DNA of 64,000 nucleotides from Nitrososphaeria archaeon (GCA_050011875.1 JBEKIG010000006.1:43586-107585), one strand, 5' to 3'; shown: positions 48,157 to 58,690, counted from the stretch's first letter. Notes: generated from the letters alone by a model not told the origin. Translations and numbers: made by a program.

Positions 48157-48945
48157 CTAGGCCTTAAGATTTCTCTCGAAGAAGCCCACCGTGTAGTCGA
48201 TCACCTTCCACTGCCACTCCCACTTGTTGTATGTGTGATCTGCGCCATCGACAAAGAACGTTTCCTTCGGCTCACCTGCCGCATTAAACAGCTTCTCTGC
48301 ATGGGAAAATGGAACCGACTGATCTCTAGTGCCATGCACTATCAAGAGCGGCCTAGGCGATATTCTCGCAACGGCCTTTAGAACATCCTTTTTCATTGCA
48401 TCAAGCAGGAAACCCCTTCCAATACGATCGCCTGCAAGCAAGTCGATGTAGTCTTCCTTAATCAGCTTATCGAAATTTGTCTCTCTGAAGATGTTTTTTG
48501 CATTTTCCTTAAACAACCTGAGGTCAGCCGGGCTACTCCAGGTGCAGACAGCTTTGAACCTCTTATCTTTTGCAGCAGTTAACAGGGAGACCGCACCTCC
48601 CAGACTTAAGCCGACAACTCCGATCTGCTCTTTTAAGACATCAGTTCTATCCTGAATCCAATCCAACGCATTCTCCAAGTCCTCCACTTCACGAGATACC
48701 GTCATTGAGTCGAATGTGCCCTCACTCTCACCAGAACCTCGAAAATCGAACCGCAACACGACAAAACCTTTCCTGCAAAACTCCCTTGCCGCATAGATGA
48801 AGAGTCGATGAGATTCTATCCTGTGTCCTGTGAAGCCATGACAAAATATTATCGCTGGAGCAGGCGTCTTCTCCGGAATGTGAAGCATACCAGCGATCTT
48901 TTCTCCTCCACTTATGAAGTTAACAAATAGTTCCTCCATGTGCAA
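48157..48945 (-). CDS. Alpha/beta hydrolase
   Basis: CHGFTG, RFDFRGSGES, nucleophile GLSLGG, HGTRDQSV and GADH. Confidence 0.9.
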   Translation of the reverse strand: MHMEELFVNFISGGEKIAGMLHIPEKTPAPAIIFCHGFTGHRIESHRLFIYAAREFCRKGFVVLRFDFRGSGESEGTFDSMTVSREVEDLENALDWIQDRTDVLKEQIGVVGLSLGGAVSLLTAAKDKRFKAVCTWSSPADLRLFKENAKNIFRETNFDKLIKEDYIDLLAGDRIGRGFLLDAMKKDVLKAVARISPRPLLIVHGTRDQSVPFSHAEKLFNAAGEPKETFFVDGADHTYNKWEWQWKVIDYTVGFFERNLKA

Positions 48946-49197
48946 ATAAAGACCTTCGATAAATAAAAATATTTTGGTTCAAACGCTACACCGAAAAAGG
49001 GAGATTCTATAGCGACATACATGATAGGGTATTGTGCGACTGTCCCAGACGCGATCGTTGAAGAGACGAAGAAAAAGGGTAAGAAATTTCTTAAGATGGA
49101 CAGGAAACAGCGAAGGGAATTCCTAAAGAAGAAATTGATAGAATAAGTTCCATATTCTTTGAAAGAGCGATTCCGATGATGTGGAAAAAGGTCTAAT

Positions 49198-49473
49198 TTA
49201 TTTATTGAAAGAAGTATATAAAATTAAAGCGGTTATGGCTATCATCAGCCCCAACCAGAAGACGAGGTCGATGATTAGAGATGTAATGTCTACGCTCCAT
49301 CGATCTACGGGTCCTGCGATCGTGTTTGTGGTATGCGTGCCCCAATCTAATGGAAAGCCGTAATCGGTGTGAAGGTTGTCCGGGAAATTCACAGTATTCC
49401 CCAATGTAAGTGTAAGAGTTGTCACTGCCGACAAAATTATTATAAAAGACAGCGTCAAAATATTCTTATTCAT
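49198..49473 (-). CDS. Small 2-TM hypothetical protein
   Basis: TM-YGFPLDW loop-TM (LIIDLVFW). Confidence 0.65.
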   Translation of the reverse strand: MNKNILTLSFIIILSAVTTLTLTLGNTVNFPDNLHTDYGFPLDWGTHTTNTIAGPVDRWSVDITSLIIDLVFWLGLMIAITALILYTSFNK

Positions 49474-49587
49474 ACCAGTAAAGGGAAAACTGTTTCTGCT
49501 ATTTAAGTTGTATAAGACATATAGGTTACCATAACTGTCGGTAACCTTATCAGGTTAGAGACTTAACTTTATTGACGTAGTCTTTTC

Positions 49588-49974
49588 TTACACCTTAATG
49601 GAGGGTCTCCAGCTGAGCGCGAAGGCTCCACCGATTATTCCCAATATTGCACCAACAAAAAATCCTCCCATGCCCAAGAAACTGATTATCGAGAAGACGA
49701 GTACTATGATGCCCCAGATGGTATGCTCTGATGGACGCGTATCAAGCATCACCGCAGCGATTATCACAAGTACACCGGACATTAGCCCTATAAGGGAGAG
49801 GCCCACCATGGAACCGAAGGGAAATCCAAAGCCACCCATCATTCCCCTATATCCGCCCATCATACCGAATCCTGTGAAACCGAACATCGAAAACACTGCT
49901 CCGCTTAAGACCATTAGAATGCCACCGATGAGTGACAGTATTGCTGCAAGAGTGGGCCTATTTTCTGAACTCAT
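49588..49974 (-). CDS. Membrane protein (DUF6114-like), paralog of 15297-15800 without the zinc ribbon
   Basis: PTLAAILSLIGGIL, HTIWGIIVLVFSIISFLG and GGFFVGAILGIIGG. Confidence 0.78.
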   Translation of the reverse strand: MSSENRPTLAAILSLIGGILMVLSGAVFSMFGFTGFGMMGGYRGMMGGFGFPFGSMVGLSLIGLMSGVLVIIAAVMLDTRPSEHTIWGIIVLVFSIISFLGMGGFFVGAILGIIGGAFALSWRPSIKV

Positions 49975-50697
49975 TTATCTTACCTAACTCTTGAAGCACG
50001 TTCCTAACATAAAAGACTTGGCTTTTCCAGTATTAACTTTGATAGTTTTAAGAATACATTTATAGCAAATGTGTGTGTGTTTCAATAATTTTTTATCCTG
50101 TATGGTGTCACGATCTATCCCTCTTTGCATTAAGATAGATGGAACTGAAATGACTTACGACACTAACAAGATGCAGAAAGTCTATTTCACGTGATGACAT
50201 GAAGTCTCTCAAAAAGTAAAGAAACAGGTCTCTTAAGGGAGGCCTTACCAAATTTTTTATTAGCAAAAGATGCAAGAGGGACTCGAACCCGTTTAGGTAT
50301 GAATCCAACCCGGTCCACTTTCCAGTAAGACATCAATCCTTATGTTGAATTTTTTTCTATAAAATTTAATGTAATTATATAAAGCTGTCATAGCGTCTTC
50401 TATCTGCGGGCCCTTTCTATGATATCGAAATCTTAAAGCTTTTTCTGGGTTCAACTTAAACCTAAACGCCCTTTTTAATCGCTATCTTAGATTTTTAAAA
50501 AAATGACCTTCTCTAATTTGACGACAGGATGCAGGGTAGAATCCCTACTCTCAGCAGTCGTAAGGCCAGAAGGCTCGTGATCAAGGCGACGGCTGTAGTT
50601 GGGCTCGGAGTGAACCTTACAATACTCGGTCAGCTCCCCAGCAGCTCCGCGAGTATTTCACCACGACCATGTCGACCCTCTTAAGGAAGCTAGGTGG

Positions 50698-52176
50698 CTA
50701 CCCTCCTTTTCTCATGCTCCCCCGCTGTATGCAAGTGAAGAAGCCCACCGTCGCGATGACTGCGGAAACTATGAAGGCTCTCCTCATGCCCTCGACGAAG
50801 GACTCCGCGGCCACGTTCAGTTGGGGAATCGCCACGCCAATGAACAGCGAAGAAAGAAGGCCCGCGGAGGCTGCGCTGGCCACCACGGCCCCCATCAACG
50901 CGAGGCTCAGGGACTGGCCGCTGAACCTCATCGTAGCTAGCGTCCCGCTGGCGACCCCCAGCCTATCCCTCTCCACCGAGCCCATCACGGCGCTCGTGTT
51001 GGGGGAGGAGAAGAGCCCCATGCCGACGCCTATGACGAGGAGGCCGAGGATCACCTGGGTCAAAGGCGAGGAGAGGCCCAGAGTGCTCATCACGAGGAGC
51101 CCTGAGGTGATCAAGGCCATGCCCAGCGAGCTGAAGCCGCGCGACCCGAACCTGTCCGACAGCCAACCGCTGACGGGAGAGAGCAACGCCATGGAGACCG
51201 GCATCACGAGGAGCACCAGGCCTGCCCGGAGAACGTCGTATCCAAGGATCCTCTGAAGGTAGAAGGAGATGAAGAAGCTGACCCCGAAGAAGGAGGTGTA
51301 GTTAAGCAGGGCCGAAAGGTTGGCTGCCGCGAATAGTCGATTGCCGGTGAAGAGGGAAAGGTCGAGCATGGCCTTTGTCTTCCTTCCCCTCTCGATGGCG
51401 GCAAAGGAAATCAGCAGGAGCCCGCCGGCCGTCAGTAGCCCGATTATGAAAGGCGTCTCCCAGCCCAAGAAATCCCCCAACGTCAGGCCGACGAGGACGG
51501 CGACGAGCCCGGCGGAGAACGTGCCTGCCCCTAGGAGGTCTAACCCCTTCTTGGAGCCGACGATGGGCGGTTCCTTCAGCTTGATGAGCGCGAGTACTAT
51601 CACGAGCAGCCCGATGGGCACGTTGACGTAGAAGATCGAGCGCCAGCCGTAGGCGAACGTCAGGAAGCCTCCTAGGCTGGGGCCCACCGAGAGACCCACG
51701 TAGGTGGACATTGAGTTGATCCCCAACGCCTTCCCCCTCTCACTCGCAGGGAAGGTGTCCGTGACTATCGCCGTCGACGTGGCCCCTATGAATGCCGCCC
51801 CAGCCCCCTCGATGACCCTGAACAAGATCAGCTCGGGGCCGCTGGAAGCGTTACCGCAGAGGAAGGAGGCCACCGCGAAGATGGCGAAGCCAGAGACGAA
51901 GATCGGCTTCCTTCCCCTACTGTCGGAGAGCCTCCCCAAGCTCAGGAGGAGCACGGTCAAAGCGACAAGGTACGAAGTAGGTACCCATATGACCGCCTCG
52001 TAGCCCATCTTCAGCCCTTCGGCGATGGAGGGCAGAGAAACGCTCACTATGGTGCTGTCGAGCGGCGCCATGAAAGCCCCGATGGACGTTATCAGGAGCA
52101 CAATCCACTTGTACAGCCCCCCCTGTTCTGCCCTCACAAAGTCGCGGTCGACGAGGGAAAAACGCTTCTTTGTCAT
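50698..52176 (-). CDS. MFS transporter, DHA2 (14-TM EmrB/QacA-like)
   Basis: FMAPLDSTIVSVSLP, GRLSDSRGRK motif A, GPSLGGFL and WRSIFYVNVPIG. Visibly GC-rich. Confidence 0.92.
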   Translation of the reverse strand: MTKKRFSLVDRDFVRAEQGGLYKWIVLLITSIGAFMAPLDSTIVSVSLPSIAEGLKMGYEAVIWVPTSYLVALTVLLLSLGRLSDSRGRKPIFVSGFAIFAVASFLCGNASSGPELILFRVIEGAGAAFIGATSTAIVTDTFPASERGKALGINSMSTYVGLSVGPSLGGFLTFAYGWRSIFYVNVPIGLLVIVLALIKLKEPPIVGSKKGLDLLGAGTFSAGLVAVLVGLTLGDFLGWETPFIIGLLTAGGLLLISFAAIERGRKTKAMLDLSLFTGNRLFAAANLSALLNYTSFFGVSFFISFYLQRILGYDVLRAGLVLLVMPVSMALLSPVSGWLSDRFGSRGFSSLGMALITSGLLVMSTLGLSSPLTQVILGLLVIGVGMGLFSSPNTSAVMGSVERDRLGVASGTLATMRFSGQSLSLALMGAVVASAASAGLLSSLFIGVAIPQLNVAAESFVEGMRRAFIVSAVIATVGFFTCIQRGSMRKGG

Positions 52177-52484
52177 CGCTATCTATCAGATGAACTAAGG
52201 CGATAAAAAAGCTTTGGCCCTTCCTTGCCCTTCACGAGCAATCTGCCCTGCAAGTCGATCTGGGTGGAACGGGCCGAGGTTTCTATTGATAGGCTATTTG
52301 CATTATATACTATGCTATTGGTCTAGACCGAGTTTATGACAACAGGAAGATGGAAGGGTGTAATGGAATTGGTAGGGTTCCTAATACGCTGGAATCCTTC
52401 GAGTTCTGATGGTCTGATATTAACTCACGTTGACTACTAAATCTAATGGTCCGTCAAATCCCGATATTTCATAAGGGGACTAAA

Positions 52485-52539
52485 ATAAAGTAAAGCTTTG
52501 CGGATAAGGAGTTTGCTTCATGGACTCCTTTAAGCTTAT
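52485..52539 (+). repeat. 55-bp exact direct repeat, copy 2, overlapping the stop codon and downstream hairpin of 52536-53048
   Basis: Identical to 47974-48028. The hairpin is aaggagt...actcctt. Confidence 0.9.
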
Positions 52540-53048
52540 GGAGAAATTATCACCTTATCGGCTTTTTTGCCACTCATGTAATCAATATCTATTCTTCCGA
52601 TTCTCACTTTTTGAATTCGCTCAGGCTTAAGTTGTTTTTCGATAACTTTCTCTGGATTTTTGTCTAATGATTCAATCATCACCTTTAACGCGTGCTCCTT
52701 TTCGTTTAAGTCCCCTAAGAAAGTTACCCTGCCTCTAAACTGTGTTGTAGCGTACAGTTGCTTACATGCCCCTTGAATATATCCTAGGTCGACAAGCGCT
52801 TGACCCCAGACGAGACTGTTTGCCTTTAGAATATCGATTTTCTTTCCTTCATCTGCACAGTGAAAATAAATGCAGTTTCTCTCTTGGTCATAACCGTGGC
52901 TGAGGCTCACCAAGTATGGTTCATCGTTCATACACATCGCTAAGGTTACATACTTAGCTGTTTTGAGAATGTTTTTCATCTCATCGGCGTTCGTTATTTC
53001 CTTATCCTTTCTTCTAACTCCTGTCAACGCAGTCCTCTCCCAGTGCAC
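52536..53048 (-). CDS. Pyridoxamine 5'-phosphate oxidase-like FMN-binding protein (NimA-like)
   Basis: RRKDKEI, EPYLVSLSHGY, IYFHCADEGKKIDIL and MSGKK. Confidence 0.87.
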   Translation of the reverse strand: MHWERTALTGVRRKDKEITNADEMKNILKTAKYVTLAMCMNDEPYLVSLSHGYDQERNCIYFHCADEGKKIDILKANSLVWGQALVDLGYIQGACKQLYATTQFRGRVTFLGDLNEKEHALKVMIESLDKNPEKVIEKQLKPERIQKVRIGRIDIDYMSGKKADKVIISP

Positions 53049-53186
53049 ATTTTAGTTAATTGGACCTTTTTACGTATTTTGTCTATTATTTGAACTTTCT
53101 TCTGTTCAACTTTATACCCAAAAGGGCCATGGAATTGAGTGCAGTGAATGCAAGAACCGTTTAAACGCGAATTATGAACAAAGGAA

Positions 53187-53252
53187 GGCGGCTGGCTCGC
53201 AGGTCTAATCCTCGGAGTAGCGGGTAGAATCTTAAGTCTACTGAAGAAATAA
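53187..53252 (+). pseudogene. C-terminal stub of a third DUF6114-like membrane protein
   Basis: Reads GGWLAGLILGVAGRILSLLKK*, matching the last TM of 15297-15800 and 49588-49974. Confidence 0.4.
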
Positions 53253-53524
53253 CGTTCGCCGAGACCTCTTCCTTTTTCTTTACTGCACTTCCAAATACTC
53301 CCCACACCCAACAATTTTAATAGATAAGGAACTATATCAGCAACCTCATATTTATTGAAAATTAGCTAAAGAACATAATTATATCATTGTAAGGCCAATT
53401 AACGCCAAGATGGAGATAAAAAAATTATTCAGTAAAAGAAAAATCAGAGAACAGGTTCTAAGGTTCTGAAGTGGCTAGTACTCTTTCCTCATCAAACTGA
53501 CGACTGATTTTAGTTCGACCGAAT

Positions 53525-54163
53525 TTACAGGTGGCCTGTTTGGACGTCTAATCTCTTGCCTTTTCTCAGAAAATCCTTTCCATACCTTAGCAGAGCCGTT
53601 TCCAACCTAACTAAGTCTAGATCATACCTTTCTGCTACTTCTCTAATATTACTTATTCTCAATTCCTCCATCGCCAGCCTTACAAGTGTCGAAGGATCCG
53701 GGTCAGCCTTAGCCCAAACGCAGCGCATTTCTCTCAAAAAGATGGAAATTGTAGTATTGCCTATCCCTCTACCAAGCTTTCTGATTTTGATTTCCAAGTC
53801 TTTGCTATCCTTCGCCTCCTCATGAAGTTTGTTCAAGTTCCCCTGATAAAATTCCTTTAGATTTCCGAAAACATTCAAAAGCTTGTCAGCGGTGGAGAAA
53901 TCATAACGAGTGTATGAGCCTTCGTCCAGAATATCAACCAAACCTTGCCATTTAGTAGCTAAAATTGCATTCACACTATCAACGCCATGCTCGACAAAAG
54001 AATAGAAGGCTCTTTTAGCAGAACTCTCCCTTATCGGCTTCGAGAATAAAATTGATGCAAGAAACCATCTGGCAATCTCCTCGTTCTTTCCCGATTTCAG
54101 ATCAATCCCAAGCGTTTCGGAAAAAGGTTTACCGTATTCATTCACAAATTCTTTTATCTGCAC
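53525..54163 (-). CDS. HhH-GPD/endonuclease III-like DNA glycosylase-fold protein
   Basis: WFLASILFSKPI, LDEGSYTRYD and HhH-like GRGIGNTTISIFLRE. Confidence 0.75.
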   Translation of the reverse strand: MQIKEFVNEYGKPFSETLGIDLKSGKNEEIARWFLASILFSKPIRESSAKRAFYSFVEHGVDSVNAILATKWQGLVDILDEGSYTRYDFSTADKLLNVFGNLKEFYQGNLNKLHEEAKDSKDLEIKIRKLGRGIGNTTISIFLREMRCVWAKADPDPSTLVRLAMEELRISNIREVAERYDLDLVRLETALLRYGKDFLRKGKRLDVQTGHL

Positions 54164-54306
54164 ATGGTATGTTATTTTTAAAGGAAATTAAGCTTCTATT
54201 CGATTTCATAAGTCTTAGTGAAACTTAAGAATGGTAACTGTCGACACCACAACGAATATTATTTTATCCTATAGCTCTAAATATGGTTCTCCATTAAGGT
54301 GGATCA

Positions 54307-54939
54307 GTGAGAATGATGGAAGATAAGACATACTATTTTGAGGAGAATAAGCCGGAAAACACTAATGTCACCTTAAATCTAGTGAAGAAGAAGGCTTTGG
54401 AGAAGAATATAAAGTACGTAGTCATAGCGTCAACACTTGGTGACACTGGAGTCAAAGCTGCAGAAGCATTCAAGGACTCAGGGATAAATGTCGTCGTAGT
54501 GACCCATCCATACGGTCCAAAAGGCTCCCGAGTACTTGGGGAGAATGAGAAGAAAATGAAGGCTCTGGGAGCGAAGATCGTCACCTGCGGCTTCGCCTTC
54601 GGAGGTGTAAGCGCTAGCCTCAGGAGAACCCCGCCGACTGAGCCGGGCCAACCGTTGCCAACACCCTATTGGCCTGCCTACGTACCAGCCATGGGAGACC
54701 TGATCGCAAATGTGCTCCGCCTCTTCTGCCAGGGCATGAAGGTTTGCTTCGAAATCACAGTAATGGCAGCTGATGCAGGCGCCGTTCCAGTTGGAGAAAA
54801 CGTAATAGCCGTTGGAGGACAAAGCAGGGGAGCGAATACAGCGATAGTTATCAAAGCGACGAACACCACCACCTTCTTCGACTTAGACGTACAAGAGATA
54901 ATTGCCAAGCCCATCAAAAAGACGCTACCAACTCTATAG
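54307..54939 (+). CDS. Pyruvate kinase C-terminal-domain-like protein (MTH1675 family)
   Basis: YFEENKPENT, VVIASTLGDTG, LRLFCQGMKVCFEITVMAADAG and GANTAIV. Confidence 0.85.
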   Translation: MRMMEDKTYYFEENKPENTNVTLNLVKKKALEKNIKYVVIASTLGDTGVKAAEAFKDSGINVVVVTHPYGPKGSRVLGENEKKMKALGAKIVTCGFAFGGVSASLRRTPPTEPGQPLPTPYWPAYVPAMGDLIANVLRLFCQGMKVCFEITVMAADAGAVPVGENVIAVGGQSRGANTAIVIKATNTTTFFDLDVQEIIAKPIKKTLPTL

Positions 54940-55095
54940 CAGAAGAAAACACACGTCCCCATCTCATCGCCTTCAGTTCCCGAGTTTCCAGCATGGATAG
55001 CTTCACCTGCTATGCCTTGTTCGTTTGCATTGTTCAGGTTGTTTTCCTTATTTATAATGTAGCTAGCTTCTTATAATGCCGCGCGTTCCTAGCGA

Positions 55096-55923
55096 TCAGA
55101 TTTCTCTCCATCTTGCCTTACTCCTCGCGATCACGAGGAGTGCAACTGTGACGCTGATCAGGATGATCCAGTTAACGATTACCTCTCCTAATGACAGTGA
55201 AAGGTAGCCGGTTGCGCTTTGAGACAGCTCTGCGGCGTAGGTAGTGGGTGAGAGGTAGGCAAGGTACCTAAAGGGATATGGGACGTATGTGATGGGGTAG
55301 TAGACGGGGGGTATTGTGGAGAAGAGCATTGAGATAAGTCTGGAGAAGGCGCCTGCGTTAATGATGTCGGTTGAGAACGTTGCGATTGTATAGCCGATTG
55401 AGATTGATGTAAAGAACATCATGAGCAGAATTGCAATGAACTCTAGGACGCTTGTGATGCTTAGATGGATGTATAGAGTTGCGAGTACGCTGAGTACGAG
55501 GAGCGCCGGCAGGGAGGAAACGAGTTCAGAGGCCGCCATTCCTATCAGGTAGATGTACCAGGGTGTGGGCGAGCTTACCACCATGTCCTGAAGCTTGAAG
55601 TCGTTCTTCAGGTGGGAGAGGTCTCCCATAAGCGACATGCCGTTCCCGAACATGCTCATTATGAACCCGCCTCCGATAGCCTCCCCGATGAGGCTGCCGC
55701 GGCTGACAAAGTCGATCACAATCAGGAACGAAAGTGGGGAGAATATGGTGTTGATCAGGACTACAGGATAGTTCTTCATCTCGTATATGGCATTCACGAG
55801 TATAGCTGCCATGAACTGGCTGAATCTATTCCGTTTCATCGTCGAGTTTGCGTCCTTCAACTGATCTCTGGTTTCCAACCGATTTTCAAGCCTCCTGGTC
55901 CACGATGTAGCCGAATATATCAT
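55096..55923 (-). CDS. ABC-2 type transporter permease
   Basis: Six TM segments and PVYYP...LSPTTYA. The true start is probably downstream (55878 or 55839). Confidence 0.85.
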   Translation of the reverse strand: MIYSATSWTRRLENRLETRDQLKDANSTMKRNRFSQFMAAILVNAIYEMKNYPVVLINTIFSPLSFLIVIDFVSRGSLIGEAIGGGFIMSMFGNGMSLMGDLSHLKNDFKLQDMVVSSPTPWYIYLIGMAASELVSSLPALLVLSVLATLYIHLSITSVLEFIAILLMMFFTSISIGYTIATFSTDIINAGAFSRLISMLFSTIPPVYYPITYVPYPFRYLAYLSPTTYAAELSQSATGYLSLSLGEVIVNWIILISVTVALLVIARSKARWREI

Positions 55924-56800
55924 CGAGGGAAACCGGGTTTATTGTGAATTTGTATCCTTCCTTGGAGAGTTCTCTCGAGATTCTGAACGCCTCGTCCTCC
56001 GTTGTTAGTATCCTGTAGCCGTCTTTACCCTCCAGTAACTCGCCATCCTCCACTCTGGGGATGGGTAACGTTGGGTTCGCTGGGATCCTTACGCTGTAGT
56101 TGTAGTTAACGCTGTGCCTCAACTGGTCAAGCGTCCCGCACTGTATTAGTCTACCCTTATCCAGTACGCCTATCCTGTCGGCCAGCTCCTCCGCCTCATC
56201 CAGATAGTGGGTTGTGAGAAAGATGAAGCGCTCTTTACTGATCTTTCTGAGGAGACCCCAAAGCTCCTTTCTCGATATCGGGTCAAGCCCCGTCGTAGGC
56301 TCGTCGAGGAAGAATATCTCCGCCTCCGATGCGAGGATGGTAGCCACCAGCGCCTTCCTCCTCATTCCACCGGATAGCTTACGGTTCAGGGTGTTGGCGT
56401 ATCCGCCTAGCCCGAGCTCCTCGAGCGCGTTGGAGGCCCTTCGCTTCGCTTCCCCGAAGTTGAAGCCCCTCCAGAGGAGGTACGATGAGGCCGTCTCCTT
56501 CGGCGTCATCCAGGGGATGGCCCTTGCCTCCTGCGGCACGACTGCGATCTTCTCTCTCAGCTTGTTAGGCTCCCTCACGACGTCTATCCCGTTTATCTTT
56601 GCGCTTCCGGACGTCGGTTCGAGCTCCGTCGCAAGTATTCGAACGAGGGTGGTCTTACCGGAACCGTTTCTCCCGATCAGGACGAATATTCCGGTTGATG
56701 GAACAGAGAAGGTGACGGAGTCAAGCGCCTTCCTCTGTTGCTTCTCATAGATTTTTGTTAGTTGATCACAGTAGGTTACCCTAGTATTCTCCTCAATCAT
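55886..56800 (-). CDS. ABC transporter ATP-binding protein
   Basis: GRNGSGKTT, LSGGMRRK, LDEPTTGLD and TTHYLDEAE. Confidence 0.93.
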   Translation of the reverse strand: MIEENTRVTYCDQLTKIYEKQQRKALDSVTFSVPSTGIFVLIGRNGSGKTTLVRILATELEPTSGSAKINGIDVVREPNKLREKIAVVPQEARAIPWMTPKETASSYLLWRGFNFGEAKRRASNALEELGLGGYANTLNRKLSGGMRRKALVATILASEAEIFFLDEPTTGLDPISRKELWGLLRKISKERFIFLTTHYLDEAEELADRIGVLDKGRLIQCGTLDQLRHSVNYNYSVRIPANPTLPIPRVEDGELLEGKDGYRILTTEDEAFRISRELSKEGYKFTINPVSLDDIFGYIVDQEA

Positions 56801-57118
56801 CTAAATCACCCTAATCATATCTTTAGCTATGTTAAATATCGTCGATATGGCCACATGTGAGGCTATTTTAAATTTATATTAAATCTTGCTACTTGCTCAT
56901 ACATATTTATTTACGTTGTCTGGGAGGCTCGATGAGGAGCTCAGGGTGGTGATGCTAGAGCTAGCTACAGCCCCCTGTACAGCCTTTCTCGGTAATTTTC
57001 TGTTATCTATTCCCATGCACATCTCAGTATCTCAGATACGTATCCTTGACGCAAACAAGTGCAGGAATCAAATCAATCCGTTTATTTTATTATTGATGAA
57101 AAGAGTTAAATATCTACT

Positions 57119-57916
57119 ATGATATCGTCTTTCAAGGCGACGGTAATGTCCAGAGGTATGAAGGTCCTTGTAACTGGCGCCAGTGGACGTGTGGGTTTAC
57201 CGTTTTGTAAAGCTTACCGGGACTATTATTCCCTAAAGTTAATGTTTCATAAGAAGGTCTTGGAGGCTCTACCTGGAGAAGTAGTTGTTTCTGCGGATAT
57301 AACAGACTTGAATTCAGTTATAAGAGCTATGGATGGTGTTGAGGCGGTCGTACATCTGGCTGCTGACTCAAAGGTTGAGGCACCTTGGGACTCCATTCTT
57401 GGTTTAAACATTGTCGGAACGTACAATATCTTCGAGGCTGCTCGAAAGGTAGGAGTGAAAAAGGTGGTGTACGCCAGCTCCAACCACGCCTGCGGCTTCT
57501 CCGTAAAAGAACTTGACCAAGTCGGGCCGGGGGCTCCAATAAGGCCTGACAGCCTTTACGGCGTCAGCAAGGTTTTTGGTGAAGCACTTGGAAGATACTA
57601 TGCTGACAACTTCGGTCTGTCGGTCATCTGTCTGAGGATAGGATCATGTCCTGGGTTAGAGGACCCTAGTAGTTACGTTAAGCCGTTTATTTCAGGAGAA
57701 CGTCCCCACATAACCTATACTGGCGAAAAGCTTGCTGGGATGTGGATCAGTAATCGTGATATGGCACAGCTGATTTACAGGAGTTTGGAATCGAATCTGA
57801 AGTTTGGCATCTTTTACGGTGTTTCCGATAACGACCATAATATGTTTGATTTATCTGAAACTATGGAGAAGCTCGGATATAGACCACAGGATAGGGTCGA
57901 AGACTACTTACGGTAA
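57119..57916 (+). CDS. NAD-dependent epimerase/dehydratase (uronate dehydrogenase-like)
   Basis: TGASGRVG, ASSNHA, YGVSKVFGE, LRIGS and GYRPQD. The start may be 57158. Confidence 0.87.
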   Translation: MISSFKATVMSRGMKVLVTGASGRVGLPFCKAYRDYYSLKLMFHKKVLEALPGEVVVSADITDLNSVIRAMDGVEAVVHLAADSKVEAPWDSILGLNIVGTYNIFEAARKVGVKKVVYASSNHACGFSVKELDQVGPGAPIRPDSLYGVSKVFGEALGRYYADNFGLSVICLRIGSCPGLEDPSSYVKPFISGERPHITYTGEKLAGMWISNRDMAQLIYRSLESNLKFGIFYGVSDNDHNMFDLSETMEKLGYRPQDRVEDYLR

Positions 57917-58156
57917 AATGTCATCCCTGCTTCAGACGGACTGGTAGCCATGAAAAGACAAATAACGCAAGTTTCGAAACAGGTTTTTCACCGATGGACA
58001 TTGCCAAAAACTTGGGTTATTCTAGGTCAGTGAGCGGTATAAGCGAAGTATTCGGACCTGGCACTGCAATTTCAGGAATTTAGGTTGCAACAAAATAGCA
58101 AACCTTTTTCTTTTTATGGAAAAACTTTTAACTTCCTGCCCCCCTTTATATCTGTT

Positions 58157-58690
58157 ATGTCTAAGTGGCGTTCGGCCGGTTTCGTTGCTACAGTGATAGT
58201 TGTTTTCTTCGCTTTATACGCAGTTATGTACTTCTCTTCCGTTCAAGCCTACAATAACTCATTTTCTTCTGCTGGAGCTACCGTAGCTAAACAAACTTAC
58301 CAGCTTGTTCTGCATGTGCGGCATATCGCGACTTGGGTGAGCATCTTTCTTAATAATTTTGAAGTGAGTATCGTACTGATCATTCCCATAATTGGTTTTC
58401 TGTACTTTTTTACGATAATGTGGAATACCGGGCAAATAATCGGCATGTTAGCTGCTGTAACAGGATACAGTCCATTCGCATATTTAATGGGTATAAGTTT
58501 TCCTGTGGGTATCCTTGAAACGTCAGCGTACACGGTTTTAGCCGCAGAAATCCTCTACGTTACATCATTGTGGTTCAATGAGAAAGACGTGAAAGGTCGT
58601 CTATTACATGACACTTGGAAAAGTTTTATCTTATACCTTGCCTTGCTATTTGTAGCAGCGTATCTGGAAGCATTACTAATGGCTATGTAA
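58157..58690 (+). CDS. Stage II sporulation protein M (DUF95) family membrane protein
   Basis: IFLNN, P-x-GILE and LLFVAAYLE. The ATG at 58157 is preferred over 58085. Confidence 0.78.
   Translation: MSKWRSAGFVATVIVVFFALYAVMYFSSVQAYNNSFSSAGATVAKQTYQLVLHVRHIATWVSIFLNNFEVSIVLIIPIIGFLYFFTIMWNTGQIIGMLAAVTGYSPFAYLMGISFPVGILETSAYTVLAAEILYVTSLWFNEKDVKGRLLHDTWKSFILYLALLFVAAYLEALLMAM

Noticed and set aside
50271-50290. T-arm-like GGGTTCGAGTCCC on the minus strand
   Set aside because: Too short, with no acceptor, D or anticodon arm support; it may be chance.
50669-51256. 195-aa plus-strand ORF and similar antisense ORFs (e.g. 56214-56750, 13883-14326, 34733-35070)
   Set aside because: Shadow frames opposite better-supported genes, with no recognisable motifs.
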